A stretch of 64,000 nt of DNA from Candidatus Kapaibacterium sp. Lineage in GTDB: Bacteria; Bacteroidota; Ignavibacteria; Kapaibacteriales; UBA2268. The notes below the pieces were generated by a model. The model was not told the origin of the DNA. It did no database searches and saw only the letters and a program-made list of their open reading frames with translations. The position numbers and the translations under genes are program-made. The stretch is taken from assembly GCA_963665665.1 (NCBI GenBank), contig OY762428.1, positions 2,912,001 through 2,976,000 on the forward strand. Reading direction: 5' to 3'. This document shows positions 37,416-47,535 of the stretch, one piece after another (position 1 is the first letter of the stretch; the number at the start of each line of letters is the position of its first letter).

Positions 37416-38606
37416 TCAATTCATTTTTAGCTGGTTATAAGATTTAACTGCCGGCCTGTCGTAATTCTCGATATTATCAAGAATATTTACAGAAGCGGTT
37501 TCCAGTTCGTATCTAAGATCCGGTTGAACGTTCTGTGCTAAGTAGGTAAGGCTCTGCACTGCTCCGAATCCCGTAGTATCCCTGCCGAGCATGAAATAGT
37601 TCAATAACTCGCTTTTTCTTTCTTCTGAAAATCCTAAAGAAACACTGATATTATTTACTGCATCTACCGGATGTTCAAGTAGCTTTGAACCTTTCATGGT
37701 CATTTCGTCAAGGACTTTACCTATATAATCTTCCGATAAATAGGCTGAAACAGCATCCTGAACCTGGCACTGGATTAGTTCAAGTTCTTTCTGCCTTGTA
37801 CTCTCGCTCCAGTCGAAAGTTCCTACATCCATCTTAGTTCCGAGGTGTTTCTCTGCAATTTTATCTTTGTGGAGAATCATTCCATTCCGGCAGGCTAAAA
37901 CTGTAAGCCTTGGAGCTATAGTAAATGTTGCATGACCGGTTTCTGAGTTGCTCAGAACAAATCCGGTACAAACTCCGAATCCTCCGTCATTGTTATTTCC
38001 GTTTGGAACATTGTAGTTCTTTAGAAGCTCCGGAGCAGATTTTACAATTTCAGGTGCTATAAATCTGACATACATTCTCTGTTCTGTCAGGTCTGCACTT
38101 TCAATGATTACATTCCTGTCCGAACTTTTTATAGCATCCAATGCGGTTATTAGTATATCAAGATGGTCAATCACTTTGAATCTGTCGCTTAAGAATGCCC
38201 TTCCTATTCCGTTTGAACCGTTACTACTGTTAAAAGTCCTCAAGAAATAGTTCGAAGGCTTTCTGCCTAACCATTCTGAAACATTGTAATCAAGCATTTC
38301 AACTGCTTCCGTTCTCATTTTCTCATAATACCTGCCTGGAATACCAAGCTTATCAGATATTTGAGCGTGGCATGAATCAGTCAGATCAAATATCTCATTA
38401 TCAGATTCTCCGGATGATGAAATACCTGATTCTTTGAGTAGATCCTGAAGCTCTCCATCTGATTCCTGATTCAACAGATTAAGCCTGCCCTCTCTCATTG
38501 AGATGGCTGTCGATGGGACTATCAAATCCCTTTTTCTGATCTTCTGACTTTCCAGTTTCTCAACCAGAACCTGTAAGTCAACTTTTGCAAAATTTTCTTG
38601 TTCCAT
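37416..38606 (-). CDS. DUF932-like phage protein
   Basis: QI..KLGIP..YY, RAFLSDRF, LSNSETG, LACRNG. Confidence 0.65.
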   Translation of the reverse strand: MEQENFAKVDLQVLVEKLESQKIRKRDLIVPSTAISMREGRLNLLNQESDGELQDLLKESGISSSGESDNEIFDLTDSCHAQISDKLGIPGRYYEKMRTEAVEMLDYNVSEWLGRKPSNYFLRTFNSSNGSNGIGRAFLSDRFKVIDHLDILITALDAIKSSDRNVIIESADLTEQRMYVRFIAPEIVKSAPELLKNYNVPNGNNNDGGFGVCTGFVLSNSETGHATFTIAPRLTVLACRNGMILHKDKIAEKHLGTKMDVGTFDWSESTRQKELELIQCQVQDAVSAYLSEDYIGKVLDEMTMKGSKLLEHPVDAVNNISVSLGFSEERKSELLNYFMLGRDTTGFGAVQSLTYLAQNVQPDLRYELETASVNILDNIENYDRPAVKSYNQLKMN

Positions 38607-38619
38607 TAGAATTTTCTCC

Positions 38620-38829
38620 TTATCTTTGATTTGAAATTTTAGTATTTCTGAAGGCCTTTTGAGTACCAGTCAAAGGGCTTTCTTCTTTTTTATGCTTAGT
38701 AATGTATTCTGCAATTGCTTCTCTAACCTGGACAGTAATTGGTTTTCTGATACCGTTCTGTTTCAGGTTTTCCCTTCTGAGATATAGCTCTGTAACAAGC
38801 TCCGGATCAATTTTCATGAAGTATGCCAT
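38620..38829 (-). CDS. Small RHH-like DNA-binding protein
   Basis: KPITVQVREAIAEY pattern. Confidence 0.45.
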   Translation of the reverse strand: MAYFMKIDPELVTELYLRRENLKQNGIRKPITVQVREAIAEYITKHKKEESPLTGTQKAFRNTKISNQR

Positions 38830-39217
38830 CTAACGCTCCTTCAGTTATTTTCAATCCAAGTTTGTTTAGAATAGGCGTAATCTCTGAAGAGCTTACAAGC
38901 CTTCCTCCGTTAACTGACCAGAATGTGTCGTACCACCATTTCAAGCCCGGGACTTTGAATCGCCATATTGAGAATTGAGGGATATTACTTTTAACCAGAA
39001 ATACAAAGACTTCGGTTTTATTCTCATCTACGAAACTTCCGATTGGCTCTGTATCAGCACCGGATTCTTTCCTGATGAACTGCTTAAAATCTTCATATTC
39101 ATTTTCTGCTATGATACATCCGTCCCATACTGCGATGGTATATCCTTCTGAATTTATCCAGTCATTCTCATCCGAGAACCATCTGGTTTTACCGTCTGCT
39201 TCAGTTGTTCTAATCAT
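38807..39217 (-). CDS. Hypothetical early protein
   Basis: ATG 39217 after GGAGG SD, coupled to upstream ORF. Confidence 0.6.
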   Translation of the reverse strand: MIRTTEADGKTRWFSDENDWINSEGYTIAVWDGCIIAENEYEDFKQFIRKESGADTEPIGSFVDENKTEVFVFLVKSNIPQFSIWRFKVPGLKWWYDTFWSVNGGRLVSSSEITPILNKLGLKITEGALDGILHEN

Positions 39218-39435
39218 GGTAAGTCCTCCGATCCCCAATTTCCGCTAACATTGTTCTGATCGGCTATTTTCTGGACTTCTCTTTCCAGCTTGACAGTTTC
39301 TGATTTTGATCTTGTTCCGAAATAGAATGATCGAAGATTGTAACTGACTCCGTCTGCTGAATACTTTGATTTATTTAAAGCTGACTTGAAAACCGAAAAA
39401 TCTTTTTCATCTTCGCATGTGAAAACTAAGTTCAT
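39214..39435 (-). CDS. Hypothetical early protein
   Basis: ATGA overlaps on both sides. Confidence 0.6.
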   Translation of the reverse strand: MNLVFTCEDEKDFSVFKSALNKSKYSADGVSYNLRSFYFGTRSKSETVKLEREVQKIADQNNVSGNWGSEDLP

Positions 39436-39662
39436 AGCGTCTCCTTTTCAGATAGTTCCTCTATCGTGTCATCAACGGTCACCATAGAACCGCCAAGGTA
39501 ATCATGTTCTTTCAGTATTGCTGTCTTGATATGAGCGTACCAGTACATTTCTGCGCGGACTTTTGAATGCCCGTCGGGAATAATCTCTCTTGCTTCCTCA
39601 AGAAGCTCAAGCATTGCTTCTCTAATCTCTTCGAGCCTTTCTTTTGCACGGTCTTTTCCCAT
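39432..39662 (-). CDS. Hypothetical early protein
   Basis: 76 aa ORF in early operon. Confidence 0.6.
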   Translation of the reverse strand: MGKDRAKERLEEIREAMLELLEEAREIIPDGHSKVRAEMYWYAHIKTAILKEHDYLGGSMVTVDDTIEELSEKETL

Positions 39663-39719
39663 GGTTTTTCCTTAATTAGTTGTAAATTGATTAATTATTT
39701 TTCCTGCATGGCAGGATGA

Positions 39720-40031
39720 TTAGCTCAGGTAAGTGGCTTTTAATCTCGCCATAACTTCATCTTTTTTTGATCTGCTCGGCGCCGGTTTTTGTACCATTAC
39801 CATCTTTTCTGTTCTTTGTCTTATATCCTGCATATTCAGTTCACAGGCCTTATAAAAATCTTCATATCTGTACTTTGGTAATGATCCGGAATATGTAAAA
39901 GGTTTAAGCCATTTATTCCTGACCCATCTGTACAGTTCCTTTTCACCGATTCCGAATTGGGTAAGCTCCCTTATATTATAAAGCTTCATTTTCAAGTATC
40001 CGTCGGTTTTATTATCAACTTTTTTCACCAT
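39720..40031 (-). CDS. Excisionase-like HTH protein
   Basis: LYNIREL..FGI....LYRWVR...L.P.......YR.ED MerR/Xis-like pattern. Confidence 0.55.
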   Translation of the reverse strand: MVKKVDNKTDGYLKMKLYNIRELTQFGIGEKELYRWVRNKWLKPFTYSGSLPKYRYEDFYKACELNMQDIRQRTEKMVMVQKPAPSRSKKDEVMARLKATYLS

Positions 40032-40070
40032 GCTTCCTTCGATTCTTCTACAAAAAGGGTGATTTTATCA

Positions 40071-40349
40071 TCAAATTGCTGTTTTGTTATCACTGTAATT
40101 AGAATTATTTTCTAACTCTTCTAATTCTCTTTCGATATTAATGGATTTTGCATCTATCAGCTCCCTAAGAGCCCTTTTCTTACTTATCCTTGTTTCTGCT
40201 TCGTACTTAGCAGCAATTTCTAATGTCTCCGGATCATGTTGGACAAATATTCTGTGCCATGCCAATTGATGTGAACAACCGAGCTTCCGAGCGACTTTAG
40301 CCACTACCCCTCTACTTAGTACGCTGTTATATTTTCTCTGCTTTTCCAT
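40071..40349 (-). CDS. Cro-like regulator
   Basis: KVARKLGCS HTH, divergent from CI. Confidence 0.55.
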   Translation of the reverse strand: MEKQRKYNSVLSRGVVAKVARKLGCSHQLAWHRIFVQHDPETLEIAAKYEAETRISKKRALRELIDAKSINIERELEELENNSNYSDNKTAI

Positions 40350-40404
40350 CTTAACTCATAATTTATTTGTTAATATTTGTAATTTTTTGTAAATTACGTT
40401 TAAA

Positions 40405-40472
40405 TAGATTTGAAATCTATTTTCAAAAACAAAAATAGAAAATATTTCTAATATATGCAAGAAATATTTTCT
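40405..40472. promoter_or_regulatory. Three candidate operators AGA-N7-TCT in cro/cI intergenic region
   Basis: 40406-40418, 40437-40449, 40460-40472; the last two are exact inverted copies of each other. Confidence 0.55.
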
Positions 40473-40500
40473 CATTCAGAAAATTTTTGTTGAGGGAATA

Positions 40501-41169
40501 ATGAAAGAAAACAACAGAGAGATCGGAGAGAGGATATTTAACGTCATAAAAGAGCTGGAGCTTACGGTTGATAAGTTTGCCGATGCTGTGGATACTACGA
40601 AATTCCGGTTGTACAGTTATAAGGCCGGCAAGGCTGAAGCTCCTCAGGACTTATTAGAAACATTAGAAGAAAAGTTAGGAATAAATCCTAAGTATATTAG
40701 AAAAGGTGAAGAACCAATGTTCTTAGGTAATACGGCTATTGCTCAAAGGCCTGCACCAAAAAATCTTGAATTATTTGGTGTGGAATCCAGGGAAGACAGA
40801 AGGATCCCGGTATTTCTGATGCCTGTTCCTGCAGGAAGTCCAAGCCCTATAGATGATTACATCGACCGATATTTCAATATTGATAAACTTTTTAAGCAGA
40901 AGTCATTTATCATAAAAGTAACTGGCGATAGTATGATCGAAGCGGATATCAAGGAAGGCGACGAGTTGCTGATTGATGTCGAGGTTCAGTACCGGGATAA
41001 TGATATTGTAATTGCATCTGTCGAAGGTAATCTAACACTAAAAAGGATTAAAAAGGTTAATGGTTATACATTGCTTCACCCCGAAAACCCAAAGTATGAA
41101 CCGATTAAGGTTGACGGGGATACACAAATTCTTGGGGTCGTCACCAGAATAATGAGGACGCCCAAATAA
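40501..41169 (+). CDS. CI/LexA-type repressor (HTH + S24 peptidase)
   Basis: HTH, VPAG cleavage site, GDSM serine, TLKR lysine. Confidence 0.9.
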   Translation: MKENNREIGERIFNVIKELELTVDKFADAVDTTKFRLYSYKAGKAEAPQDLLETLEEKLGINPKYIRKGEEPMFLGNTAIAQRPAPKNLELFGVESREDRRIPVFLMPVPAGSPSPIDDYIDRYFNIDKLFKQKSFIIKVTGDSMIEADIKEGDELLIDVEVQYRDNDIVIASVEGNLTLKRIKKVNGYTLLHPENPKYEPIKVDGDTQILGVVTRIMRTPK

Positions 41170-41186
41170 CTTATTAGGAGGCTGTC

Positions 41187-41657
41187 ATGAAGATCCAAAA
41201 AATTTATAAGGCATCAGATGAATATAAAAAGAAGCGATATAATGTAAAACACTTCTACGAGGACGAGAATAATCTCAAATATGTTTCTGTTGATCCGGAT
41301 GAAAAGCAAAGGGCAATCAGGGAACATAATGAGATCAGAGATATCTTTGCCCTTGAACATCTTTTAGTCGCAATTCTCGACGATGACCTGCCCGAACTGG
41401 ATTATAAGAAAAATGACCAAATACTTATAACCGACAGTCTCCCGCTAAAAAATTCTTGCTGTGTAGTGATATCATATGACGAAAATTATTATTTTGCAAA
41501 ATATAATGAAGGTTCGGACAAGGAAAATTTTACGCTAAAACCCTACTCGGATGAGTTCCCGGAATTCACCGGGCAAGATAAAGAAGAATATGATATAATT
41601 GGCATGGTAGTTCTGCACGAACGAGGTGTGGAAGAGGAATATTCGATAACTGTTTGA
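41187..41657 (+). CDS. Degenerate S24-like protein without HTH
   Basis: C-terminal half aligns by eye to the CI peptidase domain; GDSM replaced by DDDL. Confidence 0.5.
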   Translation: MKIQKIYKASDEYKKKRYNVKHFYEDENNLKYVSVDPDEKQRAIREHNEIRDIFALEHLLVAILDDDLPELDYKKNDQILITDSLPLKNSCCVVISYDENYYFAKYNEGSDKENFTLKPYSDEFPEFTGQDKEEYDIIGMVVLHERGVEEEYSITV

Positions 41658-41671
41658 AATTAGGATTTTTT

Positions 41672-43639
41672 ATGGATTATAATATTCACAATTCGATAGT
41701 AAATTTTATTTGGGGAATAGCTGATGATGTCCTCAGAGATGTTTATGTGCGTGGCAAATATAGGGATGTAATTCTGCCAATGACAGTAATTCGACGTCTT
41801 GATGCTCTTCTGGAACCAACAAAGGAAGCAGTTCTGGGAATGAAAAAACAGCTTGATAAGGCCGGTATTGCAAATCAGGAAGCTGCTCTTTGTCAGGCAT
41901 CTGGAGAAGCTTTTTTCAATAGTTCTCCATTTACTCTTAGGGACTTGAAAAACAGGGCTAAGGTTCAGCAACTCAAGACTGATTTTGAAGAGTATTTAGA
42001 TGGGTATTCTCCAAATGTACAGGAAATATTAGATAAATTTAAATTCCGCAATCAAATTCAAACTCTTGTTGAAGCTGATATTCTTGGAGCTCTAATTGAG
42101 AAGTTCCTGAATCCTGCAATTAATCTAAGTCCAAAACCTGTCTTTGATTCTGATGGGAATGAGAAATTACCCGCTTTGGATAACCATAGTATGGGAACAG
42201 TATTTGAGGAACTTATCCGCAGGTTTAACGAAGAAAACAATGAAGAGGCCGGAGAACATTTTACTCCACGTGATATAGTCAAATTAATGGCAGATATTAT
42301 ATTCCTGCCTATTGCCGACAAAATTGAGTCTGGAACCTACCTTGTTTATGATGGCGCTTGTGGCACAGGCGGAATGCTAACTGTCGCTGAGGAACGTTTA
42401 AAGGAACTGGCAGATAAAGCCGGGAAAAAAGTTTCAATACATTTATATGGTCAGGAAGTACAACCGGAAACTTATGCCATTGCCAAAGCAGACCTTTTAT
42501 TGAAAGGCGAAGGTACAGAAGCAAATAACATTAAATATGGGTCAACTTTATCAGCAGATAGTTTTATTTCCAGGCAATTCGATTTCATGCTTTCTAATCC
42601 TCCATACGGGAAAAGCTGGAAAACAGATTTAGACAGAATGGGCGGAAAAAAGGACATGAAGGATCCCAGGTTTATACTTGAATATGCTGATGATCCTGAT
42701 TTTAAAATGATTACTCGTTCAAGTGACGGGCAATTAATGTTCCTGGTGAATAAACTCATGAAAATGAAAGCTGATAGTAAGCTTGGTAGCAGGATAGCCC
42801 AGGTACATAACGGTTCTTCTCTTTTTACGGGGGATGCTGGACAGGGAGAAAGTAATATTCGCCGATGGATTATTGAAAATGATTGGCTGGAGGCGATAAT
42901 TGCTCTTCCAGAGAATATTTTCTATAACACCGGTATTGCAACATATATTTGGGTAATTACAAACAGGAAGCCTGATTTTCGCAGAGGAAAGGTGCAATTG
43001 ATCGATGCTACAGGATGGTATCAACAATTGCGAAAGAATATGGGGAAAAAGAACTGTGAATTAAATGAAGAACATATCGAACAGATTTGCAGCTTGATTC
43101 TGAATCCTGAACAAACAGAACAATCTAAAATCTTTCCTAATGAAGCGTTCGGTTATTATAAAGTATCTGTATTCAGGCCATTGAGAATTAAAAATGCCGA
43201 TCCGGAAAAGGTTTATTCAGCGAAAGAAGTAAAAGACTTTAAAGGCAATAATGAAATTTCCGAAGAAGGCGTTCCTTTAATTAAAAAGATACATAAAAAA
43301 GGAACAAAAGCAAACCCGATTTACGGGCTTTTCCCCAAAGTAATAAAAGGTAAGGAAAGTGTAGTAGAATATCATCAGGACACAAACCTGAACGACACCG
43401 AGCAAATTCCTTTGCTTGAGGAAGGAGGCATTGACGCCTTCTTTAAGAGGGAAGTTTTGCCATATACACCTGATGCTTGGATAGACGAGACAAGTATAAA
43501 AGTCGGATATGAAGTATCTTTTACAAAACACTTTTACAAGTCGGCTCCAATGAGGACACTGGATGAAATTAAAGCCGATATTTTTGCCCTTGAAGCGGAA
43601 ACCGACGGCCTCCTCGAAGAAATTATTGGTGAAGGATGA
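41672..43639 (+). CDS. hsdM: Type I R-M methyltransferase subunit
   Basis: FIWGIADDVLRD, EAGEHFTPR, YDGACGTGGM, NPPY. Confidence 0.95.
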   Translation: MDYNIHNSIVNFIWGIADDVLRDVYVRGKYRDVILPMTVIRRLDALLEPTKEAVLGMKKQLDKAGIANQEAALCQASGEAFFNSSPFTLRDLKNRAKVQQLKTDFEEYLDGYSPNVQEILDKFKFRNQIQTLVEADILGALIEKFLNPAINLSPKPVFDSDGNEKLPALDNHSMGTVFEELIRRFNEENNEEAGEHFTPRDIVKLMADIIFLPIADKIESGTYLVYDGACGTGGMLTVAEERLKELADKAGKKVSIHLYGQEVQPETYAIAKADLLLKGEGTEANNIKYGSTLSADSFISRQFDFMLSNPPYGKSWKTDLDRMGGKKDMKDPRFILEYADDPDFKMITRSSDGQLMFLVNKLMKMKADSKLGSRIAQVHNGSSLFTGDAGQGESNIRRWIIENDWLEAIIALPENIFYNTGIATYIWVITNRKPDFRRGKVQLIDATGWYQQLRKNMGKKNCELNEEHIEQICSLILNPEQTEQSKIFPNEAFGYYKVSVFRPLRIKNADPEKVYSAKEVKDFKGNNEISEEGVPLIKKIHKKGTKANPIYGLFPKVIKGKESVVEYHQDTNLNDTEQIPLLEEGGIDAFFKREVLPYTPDAWIDETSIKVGYEVSFTKHFYKSAPMRTLDEIKADIFALEAETDGLLEEIIGEG

Positions 43640-43643
43640 TGAA

Positions 43644-44447
43644 ATGAGCACTATTTTAGAATTGTTTAAAGAAGGTGAAATTGAGTCGCTCGCAAAAGTT
43701 CTTGGAGAATGCGGTTCAGGTTCGGATATCACACGTGTGCTTCAAGACCGTGGTATAATCGATAATTCAGGACAATCGACAAAATGGAGAAGATTGTACC
43801 ATACTTTTTTAGATATTCAAAAACAATACAAGAGCCCTAATCAAATCCTTGATTTTGTTATTGCTTTTCTGAATCCTGCTCGATTCATAGATCGAAGAGA
43901 TGAATTTGAGATGCATAGAAATAATCTCAATTCGATCTTATATTTTAAAGGATTAGAATTTGGAAAGGACGGCAAATTCAGAAAGGTTGACCCGGTAGCT
44001 ACGATTGATGAAGCAGAGAAAAGAGTCAATACAATCAGAACTAAATTTCAAGGCAGACCTATACATTCCGAAGTTCAAAAATATTGCCAAAAAGAGCTTA
44101 TGCAGGATAACTATTTCCATGCCGTGTTTGAAGCTTCAAAAGGTCTTGCTCAACGTGTCAGAGAGTTATCCGGTATTGATGGAGATGGAGCCATGTTAAT
44201 TGATAAGGTTTTCTCTGTTGAACGGCCAATATTGGCTCTGAATACATTGCGGACTGAAACTGAGAAATCAGAACATAAAGGATTTGCAGCTTTACTCAAG
44301 GGATGTTTTGCGGCAATAAGAAACCCTCTTGCTCATGAGCCTAAGATTTTATGGCAGGGAGAGGATGATGCTGCAGATTACCTAACATTGATTTCCCTTC
44401 TCCATCGAAAACTTGATAATTGTGTCAAAACTGGAATTGGAATATAG
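43644..44447 (+). CDS. TIGR02391 (Ymh-like HEPN) protein with AbiJ-like N-terminus
   Basis: NYFHAVFEASK...DGAML...SEHKGF...IRNPLAHE (RxxxxH); likely start 43644. Confidence 0.75.
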   Translation: MSTILELFKEGEIESLAKVLGECGSGSDITRVLQDRGIIDNSGQSTKWRRLYHTFLDIQKQYKSPNQILDFVIAFLNPARFIDRRDEFEMHRNNLNSILYFKGLEFGKDGKFRKVDPVATIDEAEKRVNTIRTKFQGRPIHSEVQKYCQKELMQDNYFHAVFEASKGLAQRVRELSGIDGDGAMLIDKVFSVERPILALNTLRTETEKSEHKGFAALLKGCFAAIRNPLAHEPKILWQGEDDAADYLTLISLLHRKLDNCVKTGIGI

Positions 44448-44498
44448 AATTGAATAAATTTTTAAATATTGTTACGATAAAGTCTGTGAGGTATTAAA

Positions 44499-45647
44499 AT
44501 GAGCACAGCTTATATCAATACTGATGTCCTAATTTGGGCAAGAAATAGAGCCGGATTATCGGAAGATGATTTGGTTCAGAGTATCAATAAGAAATACATT
44601 GAATGGGAAGAAGGTTTAACAAAACCTACTTTTAAACAGGCTCAGGCTATTGCTAAGAAGCTTCGAATTCCATTTGGGTATTTATATTTATCGAAACCGC
44701 CCGCTGAATCAAAACTTACTGTTGATCTTAGAACTTTTGGAGATTCGATAAGCCGGGAATTTAGCATAGATTTAAAAGATGTAATTGCCGACGCAATCCG
44801 AAAACAAGATTGGTACAGAGAATATATAAAAGAGGTAACTGATGAGCCATTAGAATTTGTAGGAAAATTCAATAGCTCTTCTAAAATAAAAGATGTCGCA
44901 GTTGATATTAGTAAAACTTTAAAATTACATTTAGATGATAGGAATCAATTCTCTAAAGATGAGTTTTTAAGATATTTAACAGAACATGCAGAAGAAGCCG
45001 GAATACTTGTCATAAGAAATGGAAAGGTTGGGTCTAATACTCATCGCACCTTAAATGTTGATGAGTTCAGGGGATTTGCCTTAACTGATCCTTATGCCCC
45101 TCTAATTTTCATTAATTCTGCTGATTTTACAGCCGCCCAAATATTTACCTTTGTACATGAACTTGCACATATCTGGATAGGTTATGATGGTGTGTCGAAT
45201 TATAGTATTAACGATGATTTTCTACATTCTGACACTGAAAGCCTTTGTAATCAAATAGCTGCGGAAGTACTGGTTCCTGATGAGGATTTCAAACGTGAAT
45301 GGCAGCATATATCCGGAGATGTACAAGTACGTTCGGAGAACCTGACTCGTATTTTTAAAGTTAGCTCGGTTGTTATCGCAAGACGTGCTTTGGATTTGGG
45401 ATATATCCAAAAAGAGGAATTCTTTAATTATTATGGAATATTACAGAAACTCTGGTCAAAGTCTAAATCAAAAAGTTCCAGTGGAAATTTCCACAACAGT
45501 TTTCCCATCGCAAATAGTAAATCGTTTACTAATGCCGTCTGCAAAGAAATATTTTCCGGGAATCTGTTAATGCGTAATGGCGCCAGGATGCTTGGGGTAA
45601 AACCTGAAACAATCGTAAAATATGCTAAACAGGGAGGTTTGATTTGA
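44499..45647 (+). CDS. HTH + ImmA/IrrE (M78) metallopeptidase
   Basis: WARNRAG HTH, FRGF, FTFVHELAH, CNQIAAEVLVP. Confidence 0.88.
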   Translation: MSTAYINTDVLIWARNRAGLSEDDLVQSINKKYIEWEEGLTKPTFKQAQAIAKKLRIPFGYLYLSKPPAESKLTVDLRTFGDSISREFSIDLKDVIADAIRKQDWYREYIKEVTDEPLEFVGKFNSSSKIKDVAVDISKTLKLHLDDRNQFSKDEFLRYLTEHAEEAGILVIRNGKVGSNTHRTLNVDEFRGFALTDPYAPLIFINSADFTAAQIFTFVHELAHIWIGYDGVSNYSINDDFLHSDTESLCNQIAAEVLVPDEDFKREWQHISGDVQVRSENLTRIFKVSSVVIARRALDLGYIQKEEFFNYYGILQKLWSKSKSKSSSGNFHNSFPIANSKSFTNAVCKEIFSGNLLMRNGARMLGVKPETIVKYAKQGGLI

Positions 45648-46129
45648 AATACCTCCTTGATGCTAATGTCTTTATTCAGGCTCATAGATTTTATTATCCG
45701 ATGGATGTTTTTCCAATTTTTTGGGATTGGCTGAAAAGAGAAAACGAAAAGGAATCCATTTTTTCTCTTGATATGATATTTGATGAACTTAAAATAGGGG
45801 AAGATGGCTTGGCTGATTGGTGCAACAAATTAAATAGGGATAATTGGTTCCTATCTTCTGAAGATGAAATTACTCAAAATAACTTAAGTACAATCGCTGA
45901 CTGGGTATTAATGCAGGACTATAAAGAAACAGCAAAAGCTGAATTTTTAAGCGTTGCTGATCCATGGCTGATTGCCAAGGCGAAAACAGATAATATGACA
46001 GTTGTTACCCAGGAGAAATCTGATCCCAATAGCAAAAGAAAAATATTTATACCGGATGTGTGTATGGCATTTGATGTTAATTTCATCAACACAGTTGATT
46101 TGCTCCGTACATTAGGAGGGAAATTCTAA
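45644..46129 (+). CDS. PIN-domain protein (DUF4411-like)
   Basis: YLLDANVFI, ADPWLIA.A, VVTQE, IPDVC. Confidence 0.85.
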   Translation: MKYLLDANVFIQAHRFYYPMDVFPIFWDWLKRENEKESIFSLDMIFDELKIGEDGLADWCNKLNRDNWFLSSEDEITQNNLSTIADWVLMQDYKETAKAEFLSVADPWLIAKAKTDNMTVVTQEKSDPNSKRKIFIPDVCMAFDVNFINTVDLLRTLGGKF

Positions 46130-47535
46130 TGAAACCATACCCCAAATATAAAAACTCTAATATCCCCTGGCTCGGAGATGTCCCGGAGCATTGGGAAGTA
46201 AATCCAGGTCTATCATTATTCAGAGAAAATAAAAATAAAAATATCGGTTTAATAGAAAAACAAGTATTATCATTAAGCTATGGTAAGATTGTAATAAAAC
46301 CTCAAGAAAAACTTCATGGCCTAGTGCCAGAATCTTTTGAGTCATACCAAATAGTTGAACCAGGTGATATAATTATAAGATCAACTGATCTACAAAATGA
46401 CAAAGTAAGTTTAAGAACTGGGTTAGTAAAAAACAAAGGAATAATCACATCTGCATATATTTGTTTGTGTTCATACTTAACCAGTAATTACAAATTTATT
46501 AGTTGGCTATTACATGGTCTTGATTTAATGAAAGTATTTTATGGTTTGGGTTCTGGTCTTCGTCAAAACTTATCATGGAGAGATTTTAAAAGGTTACTCC
46601 TACCGGTCCCACCCCTGCCCGAACAGCAGCAGATAGCCCGCTACCTCGACTGGAAAACGGCAAAGATAAATAAGTTCATCAGGAACAAGAAAAAGCTGGT
46701 CGGGCTGCTGAAGGAGCAGAAGCAGGCAATTATAAACGACGCCGTTACAGGCAGGATCGACGTTGCCACCGGCAAACCCTACCCTGAATACAAGCCCAGC
46801 GGCATTGACTGGCTGGGAGATATTCCGAAGGATTGGAATTGTACAAATTTATCAAAATATGTAGAAATCAAAGATGGGACACATGATACTCCACCTTATA
46901 TAAATAAAACGAAAAACAGTTTTCCTCTTATAACATCAAAATTTTTCTATAATGGCTTTATCGATTTTGATAAAGCGCCACATATTTCATTAGAATGGCA
47001 TGAGCTAATATATTCTCGATCCAATACTCAATCTGGTGATATATTGATGTCAATGATTGGAGGAAATATAGGTAGTTGTATATATGTGGATACTTCAAGG
47101 ATGTTTTCAATTAAGAATGTTGCTCTTTTCAAAACGTCAAATTCAAAAAAATTAAATGGATATTACTTGTTGCATCTTCTTAAAAGTTCAATAGTAACAA
47201 TTCAAATAGCAAATAATCAAACTGGAGGCGGACAACCTTTTATAGGATTAGGGAATATAAGAAAATTATTCTGTACATTTCCAAACCTTTCCACCCAAAA
47301 GCAAATCGTCTCCTACATAGAAAAAGAGACTTTTTTAATAGACCAGACCATAGAAAAAGCAAAAAAAGAAATAGAGCTGATACAGGAATACCGCACACGC
47401 CTTATTTCCAACGCCGTAACCGGGCAGATAGACGTGCGGGATATAGCCGTCCCGGACTTCGAAGAAGTAGAAGCCGAGCCGGAAGAAGAAATTGAAGAAA
47501 ATGAAGAAGAACTCATAGAGGAGTCCGAGGAATGA
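46129..47535 (+). CDS. hsdS: Type I R-M specificity subunit
   Basis: Two TRDs, repeated KPYP.YK.S.I.WLGD.P..W, PPLPEQQQI. Confidence 0.95.
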   Translation: MKPYPKYKNSNIPWLGDVPEHWEVNPGLSLFRENKNKNIGLIEKQVLSLSYGKIVIKPQEKLHGLVPESFESYQIVEPGDIIIRSTDLQNDKVSLRTGLVKNKGIITSAYICLCSYLTSNYKFISWLLHGLDLMKVFYGLGSGLRQNLSWRDFKRLLLPVPPLPEQQQIARYLDWKTAKINKFIRNKKKLVGLLKEQKQAIINDAVTGRIDVATGKPYPEYKPSGIDWLGDIPKDWNCTNLSKYVEIKDGTHDTPPYINKTKNSFPLITSKFFYNGFIDFDKAPHISLEWHELIYSRSNTQSGDILMSMIGGNIGSCIYVDTSRMFSIKNVALFKTSNSKKLNGYYLLHLLKSSIVTIQIANNQTGGGQPFIGLGNIRKLFCTFPNLSTQKQIVSYIEKETFLIDQTIEKAKKEIELIQEYRTRLISNAVTGQIDVRDIAVPDFEEVEAEPEEEIEENEEELIEESEE

